Positions 38,482-46,277 of a DNA stretch of 46,277 bases are shown here, in pieces (the first letter of the stretch is position 1; every line of letters begins with the position of its first letter). Location of the stretch: NCBI GenBank assembly GCA_041752695.1, contig JBGSVZ010000067.1, positions 1-46,277 of the forward strand, written 5' to 3'. The notes under the pieces are model-generated. The model ran no database searches and had not been told where the DNA came from. It saw only the letters and a list, made by a program, of their open reading frames with translations. The translations under genes and the position numbers were made by a program. The DNA comes from Terrimicrobiaceae bacterium (lineage in GTDB: Bacteria; Verrucomicrobiota; Verrucomicrobiia; Chthoniobacterales; Terrimicrobiaceae).

Positions 38482-39779
38482 TCGTTCCGCGCAGCCGGCT
38501 TCTGATTTGGTTTGCCCTCACCGTCCTGCCTGCCGCCGTGCTGGCCGGAGTGCATCCGCCGGCTGCCGCAATCTGCCTGGCGATCATTTCCGCAGTGGTG
38601 GTGGTGATGGTCCTGGACGCTGTGATGGCTCGCCATGCGCTGGAGGGTCTCCATCTTGAGGCTCCCCTGCTTTCCCGCCTGGCCATGGGCAAGGATGGTC
38701 TGATCGAATTGCGCCTGCAAAGTCGCACGCCAAAATCGCGCACGGTTCGGGTGGCGCTTCCCCTGCCCACCGAATTCGTCACGGCCTGCGAGGAACTCGT
38801 CGTTTCCATCCCGGCGGGAACCGAGTGGTCGAAATTTCCCTGGGCCTGCCGACCTCAGAAACGCGGGAATTTTTCCCTGCGCTCCGCCCATTTGGAAACC
38901 CCATCGCCGCTGGGCTTCTGGAGCAAACGCCGCACCCTGCCGATCGAAGCGGTCATCCGGGTCTATCCCAACATGGAAAAAGAACGCGCCGCGCTGGCCT
39001 TGATGTTTCGGGGCGCCTTCGGCACCCACGCGCTGCGCCAGGTCGGCAAGGGACGCGAATTTGAAAAACTCCGCGATTATGTGCCCGGCGACGGTTCCGA
39101 GGATATTCATTGGAAGGCGACCGCCCGACGCGGACGTCCGGTGACCAAGGTCTTCCAGATCGAAAGGACCCAGGAGGTTTACGTGGCGATCGATTCCTCC
39201 CGGCTGAGCGCGAGGGAGAACGCCATAGAACGCCATCTTTCGTCTGCGCTGCTCATCGGGATGGCCGCCGAGCAGCAGAGTGACCTCTTCGGACTCCTCT
39301 CCTTTTCCGACCGGGTGGAACATTTTGTGCGAGCGCGAAATGGCGCGTCCCACTACCAGGCCTGCCGCGACGCCATTCACAGCCTCCAACCGCGGGAAGT
39401 GAATCCCGACTTTAATGAGGCCTGCACCTTCATCCGCCTCCGTCTCCGCCGTCGCGCCCTGGTGATTTTTTTGACGGCGCTGGATGATCCCGTGATCGCA
39501 GAGGACTTTCTCCGCAATGTGGACCTCATTGCCCGTCAACATCTCGTGATTGTCGGCATGATAAAGCCGGCCGGCATGGCCCCGTTGTTCAGCAGGGATA
39601 TTACGAGTCGCGACGAACTGTACGATCAACTCGGTGGGCATCTCCGCTGGCATCGTCTGGAAGAACTCAGTCGAAAGCTGCAACGACGCGGGGTCAAACT
39701 CGCGGTGTTGGACGGCGAACGGATGGGGCTCAGGCTGGTCTCGGAATATCTCAACATCAAGAGGCGCCAGATCCTATGA
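38478..39779 (+). CDS. DUF58 (vWA-like) domain protein
   Basis: EFEKLRDYVPGD...IHWKATARR, VAIDSSR and LVIFLT. Confidence 0.93.
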   Translation: MIVPRSRLLIWFALTVLPAAVLAGVHPPAAAICLAIISAVVVVMVLDAVMARHALEGLHLEAPLLSRLAMGKDGLIELRLQSRTPKSRTVRVALPLPTEFVTACEELVVSIPAGTEWSKFPWACRPQKRGNFSLRSAHLETPSPLGFWSKRRTLPIEAVIRVYPNMEKERAALALMFRGAFGTHALRQVGKGREFEKLRDYVPGDGSEDIHWKATARRGRPVTKVFQIERTQEVYVAIDSSRLSARENAIERHLSSALLIGMAAEQQSDLFGLLSFSDRVEHFVRARNGASHYQACRDAIHSLQPREVNPDFNEACTFIRLRLRRRALVIFLTALDDPVIAEDFLRNVDLIARQHLVIVGMIKPAGMAPLFSRDITSRDELYDQLGGHLRWHRLEELSRKLQRRGVKLAVLDGERMGLRLVSEYLNIKRRQIL

Positions 39780-40771
39780 TCATCGACATTCCCCGTTTCA
39801 TCAGCGCCGAAAGCCCCTACTGGCAGGAACTCGAAAGTTATCTATTCCGGCTGGAGACCAATCCGCACCTCATTCTCAGCCTTGAGGAGATCAAGCGGTT
39901 TCATTTCCTCTACGAACGCAGCGCGGCGGATCTGGCCAGGCTCCACACCGCCGCTGAACCGGCCACGCGGCAATTTTTGGAAAACCTCGTCGCCCGCGCC
40001 TATGGCGAGATTCACGAAACCCGCGGCGGGCGCACACGGCTGCATCCGGTGCGATGGTTGTTTCGCACGCTGCCGCAGACCTTCCGCCGGCACTTGCGGG
40101 CCTTCGGCCTGGCCCTGGCCATCACGCTGGTGGGATGCGTCTTCGGAGCCATGGCCGTCGCCTTCGACCCGGAGGCCAAGCAGGTCATCATGCCATTTTC
40201 CCATTTGCACGGCGATCCCTCCGACCGTGTCGCGGAGGAAGAATCCGCGGGAGAGGATCGGCTGAAAGGTCACAAGACGGCGTTTTCCGCCCAGCTCATG
40301 ACCCACAACACCAAAGTCTCCGTCCTCGCCCTGGCTCTCGGAATGACGTTTGGCGTGGGTACGGTGGTCCTGCTTTTTTACAACGGAGTCATCCTCGGCG
40401 CAGTGGCGGTCGACTACATGCGCGCGGGAGAAACGGAATTTCTGCTCGCCTGGTTGCTGCCCCATGGTTCCATCGAGATTCCCGCCATCCTCATCGCCGG
40501 CCAGGCGGGACTGGTGTTGGCCGGAGCGTTGATCGGCTGGGGAGTGCGCGAGCCCCTCACCCGTCGGTTGCGAGCGGTCGGGGCCGACCTCGTCACGCTG
40601 ATTTTTGGCGTCGCCCTGCTGCTGGTCTGGGCGGGCTTTGTGGAGGCGTTCCTTTCGCAGTATCACGCTCCCGTTTTTCCATACTCCATCAAGATCGGCC
40701 TGGGTTTGGTTGAACTGGCCCTGCTCACACTCTTCCTCCTGAAGTCGGGATCCTCCGAGGAAAAATCATGA
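39776..40771 (+). CDS. SpoIIM-like (DUF95) membrane protein
   Basis: LYERSAADLAR, HNTKV, LFYNGVILG, LPHGSIEIPAILIAG and AGFVEAF. Confidence 0.92.
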   Translation: MIIDIPRFISAESPYWQELESYLFRLETNPHLILSLEEIKRFHFLYERSAADLARLHTAAEPATRQFLENLVARAYGEIHETRGGRTRLHPVRWLFRTLPQTFRRHLRAFGLALAITLVGCVFGAMAVAFDPEAKQVIMPFSHLHGDPSDRVAEEESAGEDRLKGHKTAFSAQLMTHNTKVSVLALALGMTFGVGTVVLLFYNGVILGAVAVDYMRAGETEFLLAWLLPHGSIEIPAILIAGQAGLVLAGALIGWGVREPLTRRLRAVGADLVTLIFGVALLLVWAGFVEAFLSQYHAPVFPYSIKIGLGLVELALLTLFLLKSGSSEEKS

Positions 40772-41532
40772 CTGCGCGTGTTCTTCGGATCCGCACGCCG
40801 GAGGGTGTGATTTTTGCCCAGACCCTGGCCGGTCCCGTGGTGCGTTTTGCCGCTTGGGTGGTGGACCTCGCCGCCATTGGTGCGCTGATGAGCCTGGTTG
40901 GGCTGATTATTGGTCTCCTTGGTCTTCTTAGTGTCGACATCGCCATGGCGGTTTACGCGGTGTTGTATTTTCTCATTTCCATCGGCTACGGCCTGGCTTT
41001 CGAGTGGTTTTGGCGCGGTCAGACGGTGGGAAAAAAACTCTTCCGGCTGCGCGTGGTGGACGCCGAAGGCCTTAAGTTGCAGTCCCACCAGATCGTGGTG
41101 CGAAACCTCCTGCGCTTCGTGGACAGCCTGCCGGTTTTTTATGTCGTCGGAGGAATTTCCTGCTGGGCCACGCGCAAGTTTCAACGCCTGGGCGACATCG
41201 CGGCCAATACCATTGTCGTTCGATCTCCGAAAATCGCCGAGCCCGACATCGAGCAACTCGTCGCCGGGCGCTTTAACTCCCTGCGCCAGTATCCCCACCT
41301 CGAAGCCCGTCTGCGACAGCAGGTCGAGCCGTCCGAAGCTTCCCTCGCCCTGCAGGCTCTATTGCGGCGGGACGATTTTGAGCCCGCGGCCCGCGTGGAA
41401 CTTTTCTCCGAACTGGCCGCCCATTTTCGCAAGAAAGTGGCCTTTCCCGCCGAAGCAACCGACGGAATCAGCGACGAGCAATATGTTCGGAACGTCGTGG
41501 ATGCCCTGTATCGCAAACAGCGCGCTTCCTAA
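40768..41532 (+). CDS. RDD family protein
   Basis: TPEGV, RFAAWVVD, GQTVGKK...LRVV, RNLLRFVD and QRLGDIAANT. Confidence 0.93.
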   Translation: MTARVLRIRTPEGVIFAQTLAGPVVRFAAWVVDLAAIGALMSLVGLIIGLLGLLSVDIAMAVYAVLYFLISIGYGLAFEWFWRGQTVGKKLFRLRVVDAEGLKLQSHQIVVRNLLRFVDSLPVFYVVGGISCWATRKFQRLGDIAANTIVVRSPKIAEPDIEQLVAGRFNSLRQYPHLEARLRQQVEPSEASLALQALLRRDDFEPAARVELFSELAAHFRKKVAFPAEATDGISDEQYVRNVVDALYRKQRAS

Positions 41533-41534
41533 CG

Positions 41535-43832
41535 CTAACCCACGAAACGCCGAATCGCTTGTTCCAGCGCGGACACATCAACCGGCTTGACAAGATGCAC
41601 GCTGAAACCAGCGTCCCGGCTCTTGCGAATGTCTTCGTCCATTCCGTACCCGCTCATGGCAATGCCTGGAATGCCAAATCGCTCGTGGATCGTCCGCATC
41701 AGGGTATGGCCGGTGGCGTCCGGCAATCCCAGGTCACTCACCAGCAAATCAAAGGGATGTTCTCCCGCAGTTTCGAGCGCGGAAGCCACGGTGCCCGCCG
41801 TCTTGACGGTATGGCCTCCGAGTTCCAGCAAACGGCGGAGCATGATGGCCGTGTCCGCATGATCCTCAACCAAGAGAATACGCAGGGCGCCATTTCTTTG
41901 CTGCACGCTCCTTTCCGGCACGACGTGAACTTCCCCGGAGTCCGAGGGTTCCGATGGCAGTTCAATCAAAAACGTGCTTCCTCCCCCTGCGCCCTCACTC
42001 TCCACCCGGATCGATCCCCCGTGCATTTCCACGAGGGCTTTGGAAATCGCCAGGCCCAATCCCATGCCTCCAAATTGCCGGGTGATAACGGCACCTCCCT
42101 GCTCAAAGGCATCGAAAATCTTGGGCAAGACCTCGGGTGGGATGCCCACCCCGGTGTCTTGCACGGAGACGAACGCGCGGCCTGCCTCGCATCGCGTCGT
42201 CACGGCGACGGTTCCATTCTCAGGAGTAAATTTGGCCGCATTGTTCAGCAGATTCCACAGAACCTGCTGCAGTCGGGAAACATCCACCGTCACTGATCCC
42301 GCGTTCGGATCAAGTTCCACCCGGAACCTGATGCCTTTCTCCTGAATCTGCGGGCGGCAGATTTCGCAGGCGTGCCCGACCGCGGTATTAAGGTTCCCCC
42401 TTTCGAGACGAAGCGCCAGTTTACCGCTCGTGATTCGGCTGAGGTCCAGCAGGTCATCGATGAGTTTGGTCTCCAGCTCAATGTTGCGGCGGATCATTTC
42501 CAAATCCGTGCGCAGTTCCGGATCGAGGTCCGGCCTCATTAGCCTCGCGGCGACGGACATCAGAACCGGCGTAAGGGGGGTGCGAAGTTCGTGACTGAGC
42601 ACGGCCAGGAATTGATCCTTGGCGCGGTTCGCGGTTTCGGCCGCCTCCTTGGCCTCTTTGAGCGCGCGTTCCGTCCGCTTCCTTTCCGTGATGTCCCGGG
42701 CGATTTTGGCCGCTCCCAGCACCTTACCCGAGACATCCTTCATCGGTGAGACGCTGAGTGAAACTTCCACCTCCGAGCCGTCCTTGCGCATGCGCACCGT
42801 CTCGAAGTGCTGGATCGGCTCGCCGCTTTGGATCTTGTCGAGAATCTCCCCCTCCTCATTGAGTCTTCCAGGCGGAATCAACATCGAAATCGGACGTCCC
42901 AGCGCCTCCTCAGCCCGATATCCAAAAAGCCCCTCGGCCGCCCGGTTCCAGCTTGTGATCCGGCCGTTCAGGTCTTTGCTGACAATGGCATCGTCGGACG
43001 ATTCGACGATGGCAGCCAGTCGCCGCGCCGTGGCCTCGGCATGTCTGCGCTCCGTCTCAAGCCGGGTGATCCCCGCCACGGCAACAACGTTGCCCGCCGT
43101 GTCGAAGACGGGGTTGTAAATGTACTCGTGAAAATCCTCCACGCCTGCCGCACTGCGCAAGATCGTCCCACCCCGGATGGGAAGCCCGGTGGCAATGACT
43201 TCCAGCAACTCGCCGTGCAGGCGCTCCGCCAATTCCGGGGGATATTTGAGTTCAAAAACATTTTTTCCCACCACCTCCGGCAGCGTGCGACCCCAGATTT
43301 CGAGCAGGGTTTTGTTCGCATAAATAACCCTCGCCTGCCGGTCAAAGGTATAGACCAAGTCAGAAATGTGAGAAAGGGCCGCATCGAAAAGCAGCGCTTG
43401 TTCTTCCAGTTGAAGGGAAAGACCCGCCACCCGCTCGTCCTGGATTTTTCGCGCCGCCGATTCGGTCACATCGGTCACGGCGGACATCCAGCCGCTGACC
43501 CTTCCTTCCGCATCATATTCCGGCACATACGAAACACCGACCGTCCGGAGGCCGAGGTTCGGGTAGTCGAGAGTCATCTCAAACTCCGCAACCTCACCGG
43601 CCAGCACGCGGGTTATATGGGGGCGGATTTTTTCGTAAACCTCCGCACCGGTGATTTCCTCCACTTTCCGGCCGATGATTTGATCGACCGGCCGTCCGCG
43701 GTATCGCGCATAAGCTTTGCTGACAAAAACAAACCGCTCCTCCGCGTCGCAGACCATCAGCATGGTGGACGTGCTGTCCGCCACGACGCGCCATGGCGTC
43801 TCCGTGGCCTGACGTGGAATCTCCTCGCTCAC
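41535..43832 (-). CDS. cytoplasmic triple-PAS hybrid histidine kinase
   Basis: Three PAS/PAC domains (including LAAIVESSDDAI), LSHELRTPL, HATPase and REC. GTG start overlaps the ubiD-like stop. Confidence 0.93.
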   Translation of the reverse strand: MSEEIPRQATETPWRVVADSTSTMLMVCDAEERFVFVSKAYARYRGRPVDQIIGRKVEEITGAEVYEKIRPHITRVLAGEVAEFEMTLDYPNLGLRTVGVSYVPEYDAEGRVSGWMSAVTDVTESAARKIQDERVAGLSLQLEEQALLFDAALSHISDLVYTFDRQARVIYANKTLLEIWGRTLPEVVGKNVFELKYPPELAERLHGELLEVIATGLPIRGGTILRSAAGVEDFHEYIYNPVFDTAGNVVAVAGITRLETERRHAEATARRLAAIVESSDDAIVSKDLNGRITSWNRAAEGLFGYRAEEALGRPISMLIPPGRLNEEGEILDKIQSGEPIQHFETVRMRKDGSEVEVSLSVSPMKDVSGKVLGAAKIARDITERKRTERALKEAKEAAETANRAKDQFLAVLSHELRTPLTPVLMSVAARLMRPDLDPELRTDLEMIRRNIELETKLIDDLLDLSRITSGKLALRLERGNLNTAVGHACEICRPQIQEKGIRFRVELDPNAGSVTVDVSRLQQVLWNLLNNAAKFTPENGTVAVTTRCEAGRAFVSVQDTGVGIPPEVLPKIFDAFEQGGAVITRQFGGMGLGLAISKALVEMHGGSIRVESEGAGGGSTFLIELPSEPSDSGEVHVVPERSVQQRNGALRILLVEDHADTAIMLRRLLELGGHTVKTAGTVASALETAGEHPFDLLVSDLGLPDATGHTLMRTIHERFGIPGIAMSGYGMDEDIRKSRDAGFSVHLVKPVDVSALEQAIRRFVG

Positions 43833-45361
43833 AGCTTTCCCGAAATTCCAGCCATCTTCCGCCGCACCGCCTCGTCCATGCGGATGATCGGCGGCCAGTT
43901 GCGTTTGAAACCCTCGCCCGGCAACTTTTTCGTCGCATCCACACCAAGCTTGCTCCCGATGGCGATCTCGGTCGTGGCATGATCGAGCACATCCGCCGGC
44001 CCCTTGGTGAATATACTGTCGCGCTGGGGATCGGTGTTTGCGCAGAGCCGGAAAAGCACGTCGCTGGTGTTGTGCACATCCACGTCGGCGTCCACCACCA
44101 CAATATACTTGGTGAACATCATCTGCCCCATGCCCCAGAGCCCGTGCATGATTTTATAGGCCTGCATGGGATACGTTTTCCTGATGCTGACAAAGACGGC
44201 GTTGTGAAAAACCCCCTCGGCCGGTAGGGCGATATCCACGATTTCCGGGAAGTTCATCTGGAAGATCGGGAGAAAAAGTTTCACCGACGCGCAGCCCATG
44301 TAAAAATCCTCCATCGGCGGGATGCCGACAATAGTCGCGGGATAAACAGCGTCGTGCCGGTGGGTGATGGCAGTGACATGAAAAACCGGATACGGCTCCG
44401 GGAGGGTGTAGTAGCCCGTATGATCGCCAAAAGGCCCCTCGTCCCGCAGGGACTCGGAGGGGTCAATATATCCTTCAATGACAAAGTCCGAGTTGGCCGG
44501 GACTTCCAGGTCACTCGTCTCGCACTTAACCATCTCGACAGATTTTTTTCGCAGATACCCCGCCAACAAAAACTCATCCAGTCCGTCCGGCAACGGCGCG
44601 GTGGCGGCAAACGGAAACACCGGATCGCCGCCGAGAAAAATTGCCACCGGCATGCGCGTCCCGGTTTCGTAATACCGACGCCCGTGCCTCGCGGCCACTT
44701 TCTGCAACTGCCAATGCATTCCCGTCGTCCGGTCGTCATATACCTGGACGCGATACATTCCGAGATTGCGCTCCCCCGTGTCCGGGTCGCGCGTCACGAC
44801 ACAGGGAAGCGTGACAAACCGCCCGCCATCCAGCGGCCAGCATTTCAGAATGGGAAGATTGAGAAGGGTCGCGGGTCGCGGGTCAAAAGTCGCAGGCTGC
44901 TGCCAGTCCGGAGCCGGTGGCCAGCTCTCGACCCTCGACTCTGGGATTTCAAATTTATGAATCACCTCCTTGCACGGGCCGGTCTTGACGTGTTTTGGCC
45001 GCGCGTGGCGGAGTTCCAATCCTGCTCCGAGCAAGGTCATGGCCTCGCGAAGGCTGGTCGGCGGCTTCGCCTTCATGATCGTGGCAAGATCGGCCGCGAC
45101 CTCGTCCACCGACGCCGCGTTCATGCTCATGGCCATGCGTTTCGCCGAACCCATGGTATTGATCGCCACGGGAAACGGGCTCACCACTCCATTGACCGTC
45201 GGCTTTTCGAAGAGCAACGCCTTGCCCCCGCCGGGTGATTTCATCTCGCGATCCGCCAGTTCGGTGATCTCGAGTTCCGTCGCCACCGGATCCGGGAAAC
45301 GCTTCAGTTCGCCGGCCTGATCCAGAGCGTCGACAAACGCCCGATAAGAAGAAAAAGCCAT
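43829..45361 (-). CDS. ubiD: UbiD-family decarboxylase (probably menaquinone/futalosine-pathway MqnL-like)
   Basis: ELEITE, WPLDGGRFVT, NLGMYR, EGPFGDHTGYY and GPADVLDHA. Confidence 0.92.
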   Translation of the reverse strand: MAFSSYRAFVDALDQAGELKRFPDPVATELEITELADREMKSPGGGKALLFEKPTVNGVVSPFPVAINTMGSAKRMAMSMNAASVDEVAADLATIMKAKPPTSLREAMTLLGAGLELRHARPKHVKTGPCKEVIHKFEIPESRVESWPPAPDWQQPATFDPRPATLLNLPILKCWPLDGGRFVTLPCVVTRDPDTGERNLGMYRVQVYDDRTTGMHWQLQKVAARHGRRYYETGTRMPVAIFLGGDPVFPFAATAPLPDGLDEFLLAGYLRKKSVEMVKCETSDLEVPANSDFVIEGYIDPSESLRDEGPFGDHTGYYTLPEPYPVFHVTAITHRHDAVYPATIVGIPPMEDFYMGCASVKLFLPIFQMNFPEIVDIALPAEGVFHNAVFVSIRKTYPMQAYKIMHGLWGMGQMMFTKYIVVVDADVDVHNTSDVLFRLCANTDPQRDSIFTKGPADVLDHATTEIAIGSKLGVDATKKLPGEGFKRNWPPIIRMDEAVRRKMAGISGKL

Positions 45362-45564
45362 CGTTCAGGCCAACGTGGAGGACGTTCCCTTAACCCGCAA
45401 TGCAGGAAGCCATTCTCGCAAAACCCCGGACGACGACGCACCAAAAGCGGCATCCCCTCTGACATCGTAACAAACCGGCATGACGTTGTGCATAGGGGAC
45501 GAGGCGGAAGCTGGCAATGGCAGGGACGCCCGAATGAACCACTTCCCCCCGAGGAACGTCCTGT

Positions 45565-45993
45565 TCAGGACTCGAGGGTGGTCTCCAGCGTGATCGGGGC
45601 GTTGAGCAGTTTCGAAATCGGACAATTGGCTTTGGCAAACGTGGCCAGTTCTTCGAATTTTTCCTGGGTGATTCCGGGGACCTTCGCCGTCAGGAAAAGG
45701 TGGATCGCCGTTACGGCAGGGGCGCTTTTCACCTGGTCGAGTGTGACCTCCGCGCGGGTATCGAGCGACTCCGGAGTGTAGCCCGCATTGCCCAAGAACA
45801 AGCTTAGCGCCATGGTGAAACATCCGGCATGAGCGGCGGCGACCAACTCCTCAGGGTTGGTGCCGGTCCCGGATTCGAAGCGGTCGCGAAATGAGTAGGG
45901 CGTCTCCTTGAGAACCCCGCTGGTGGTGGTGATGGTGCCGTGTCCGGCGTTGAGATTGCCCTGCCAGTGTGCGGAAGCGGATTTTTTGATCAT
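45565..45993 (-). CDS. osmC: OsmC family peroxiredoxin
   Basis: [34 protein letters not shown] and NCPISK. Start at MIKKS. Confidence 0.95.
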   Translation of the reverse strand: MIKKSASAHWQGNLNAGHGTITTTSGVLKETPYSFRDRFESGTGTNPEELVAAAHAGCFTMALSLFLGNAGYTPESLDTRAEVTLDQVKSAPAVTAIHLFLTAKVPGITQEKFEELATFAKANCPISKLLNAPITLETTLES

Positions 45994-46085
45994 TGGAAAT
46001 ACTCCAGCTGGTAATTTTATCCGGATTGGGAATTTGGCGACTTTTTTCCACGAAAAAAAATCCGCGCAATTTCTGGAAAAAAAGG

Positions 46086-46113
46086 TTGGCAATCCGTGGG
46101 AAGCCGCCATATT
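46086..46113 (+). promoter_or_regulatory. putative tRNA promoter
   Basis: TTGGCA-N16-CATATT with upstream A-tracts (UP-element-like). Confidence 0.5.
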
Positions 46114-46136
46114 TCCCAACCCTCCCAGGCAACACT

Positions 46137-46213
46137 GGAGTCTTAGCTCAATTGGTTAGAGCGCCGCCCTGTCACGGCGGAGGTTGCGGGTTCGAGCCCC
46201 GTAGACTCCGCCA
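46137..46213 (+). tRNA. tRNA-Asp(GTC)
   Basis: 77 nt cloverleaf, GGAGTCT/AGACTCC acceptor stem, anticodon GTC at 46171-46173, GTTCGA T-loop and encoded CCA. Confidence 0.98.
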
Positions 46214-46277
46214 CTCATTTCGAGTGGCGGAGTGACCGGAAACCCTGATAAACACAAGCTCTCCGGGCTTTGCGGTC

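Noticed and set aside
45379..45562. 10-bp inverted repeat AGGACGTTCC/GGAACGTCCT flanking the osmC-ubiD spacer (MITE or riboswitch?)
   Set aside because: No target-site duplication, no second copy seen and no riboswitch motif recognised; could be chance.

Overview
GC-rich bacterial chromosomal segment, most likely Verrucomicrobiota (Spartobacteria/Chthoniobacterales-like). This is inferred from the PEP-CTERM protein, the Verrucomicrobia-type LacI, the extended LepB and the C-terminal domain of a large secreted protein. All product calls rest on motif recognition by eye; no searches were run. Left to right: (1) 0.1-11.7 kb is a decaying carbohydrate-utilisation island. It starts at tRNA-Ser 3'-end-like fragments with GCGAAGC mini-hairpins and ends at an IS1634-like scar. 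It contains LacI, a hidden GH125 pseudogene, a PEP-CTERM protein, a frameshifted GH30, a multidomain CE2-like esterase, a BNR propeller and a GH5-like protein. (2) 11.9-22.4 kb is a stress module: SRPBCC, Ku, split LigD (PE-LIG plus stand-alone POL), a CHASE3 hybrid kinase, CheR, CheB and a second hybrid kinase. (3) 22.4-25.4 kb is a coupled pair of Deg/HtrA-PDZ proteins, one with an intact catalytic triad and one without. (4) 25.4-25.75 kb is an AT-rich intergenic region where strand skew appears to flip, with dif-like and DnaA-box-like motifs. (5) Housekeeping genes follow: lepA, lepB, tsaB, tsaE. (6) 32.2-41.5 kb is a ten-gene uncharacterised membrane system: GYF and zinc-finger proteins, DUF4129, DUF4350, MoxR, DUF58, SpoIIM and RDD. 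(7) The window ends with a PAS hybrid kinase, a UbiD-family decarboxylase, OsmC and tRNA-Asp(GTC).
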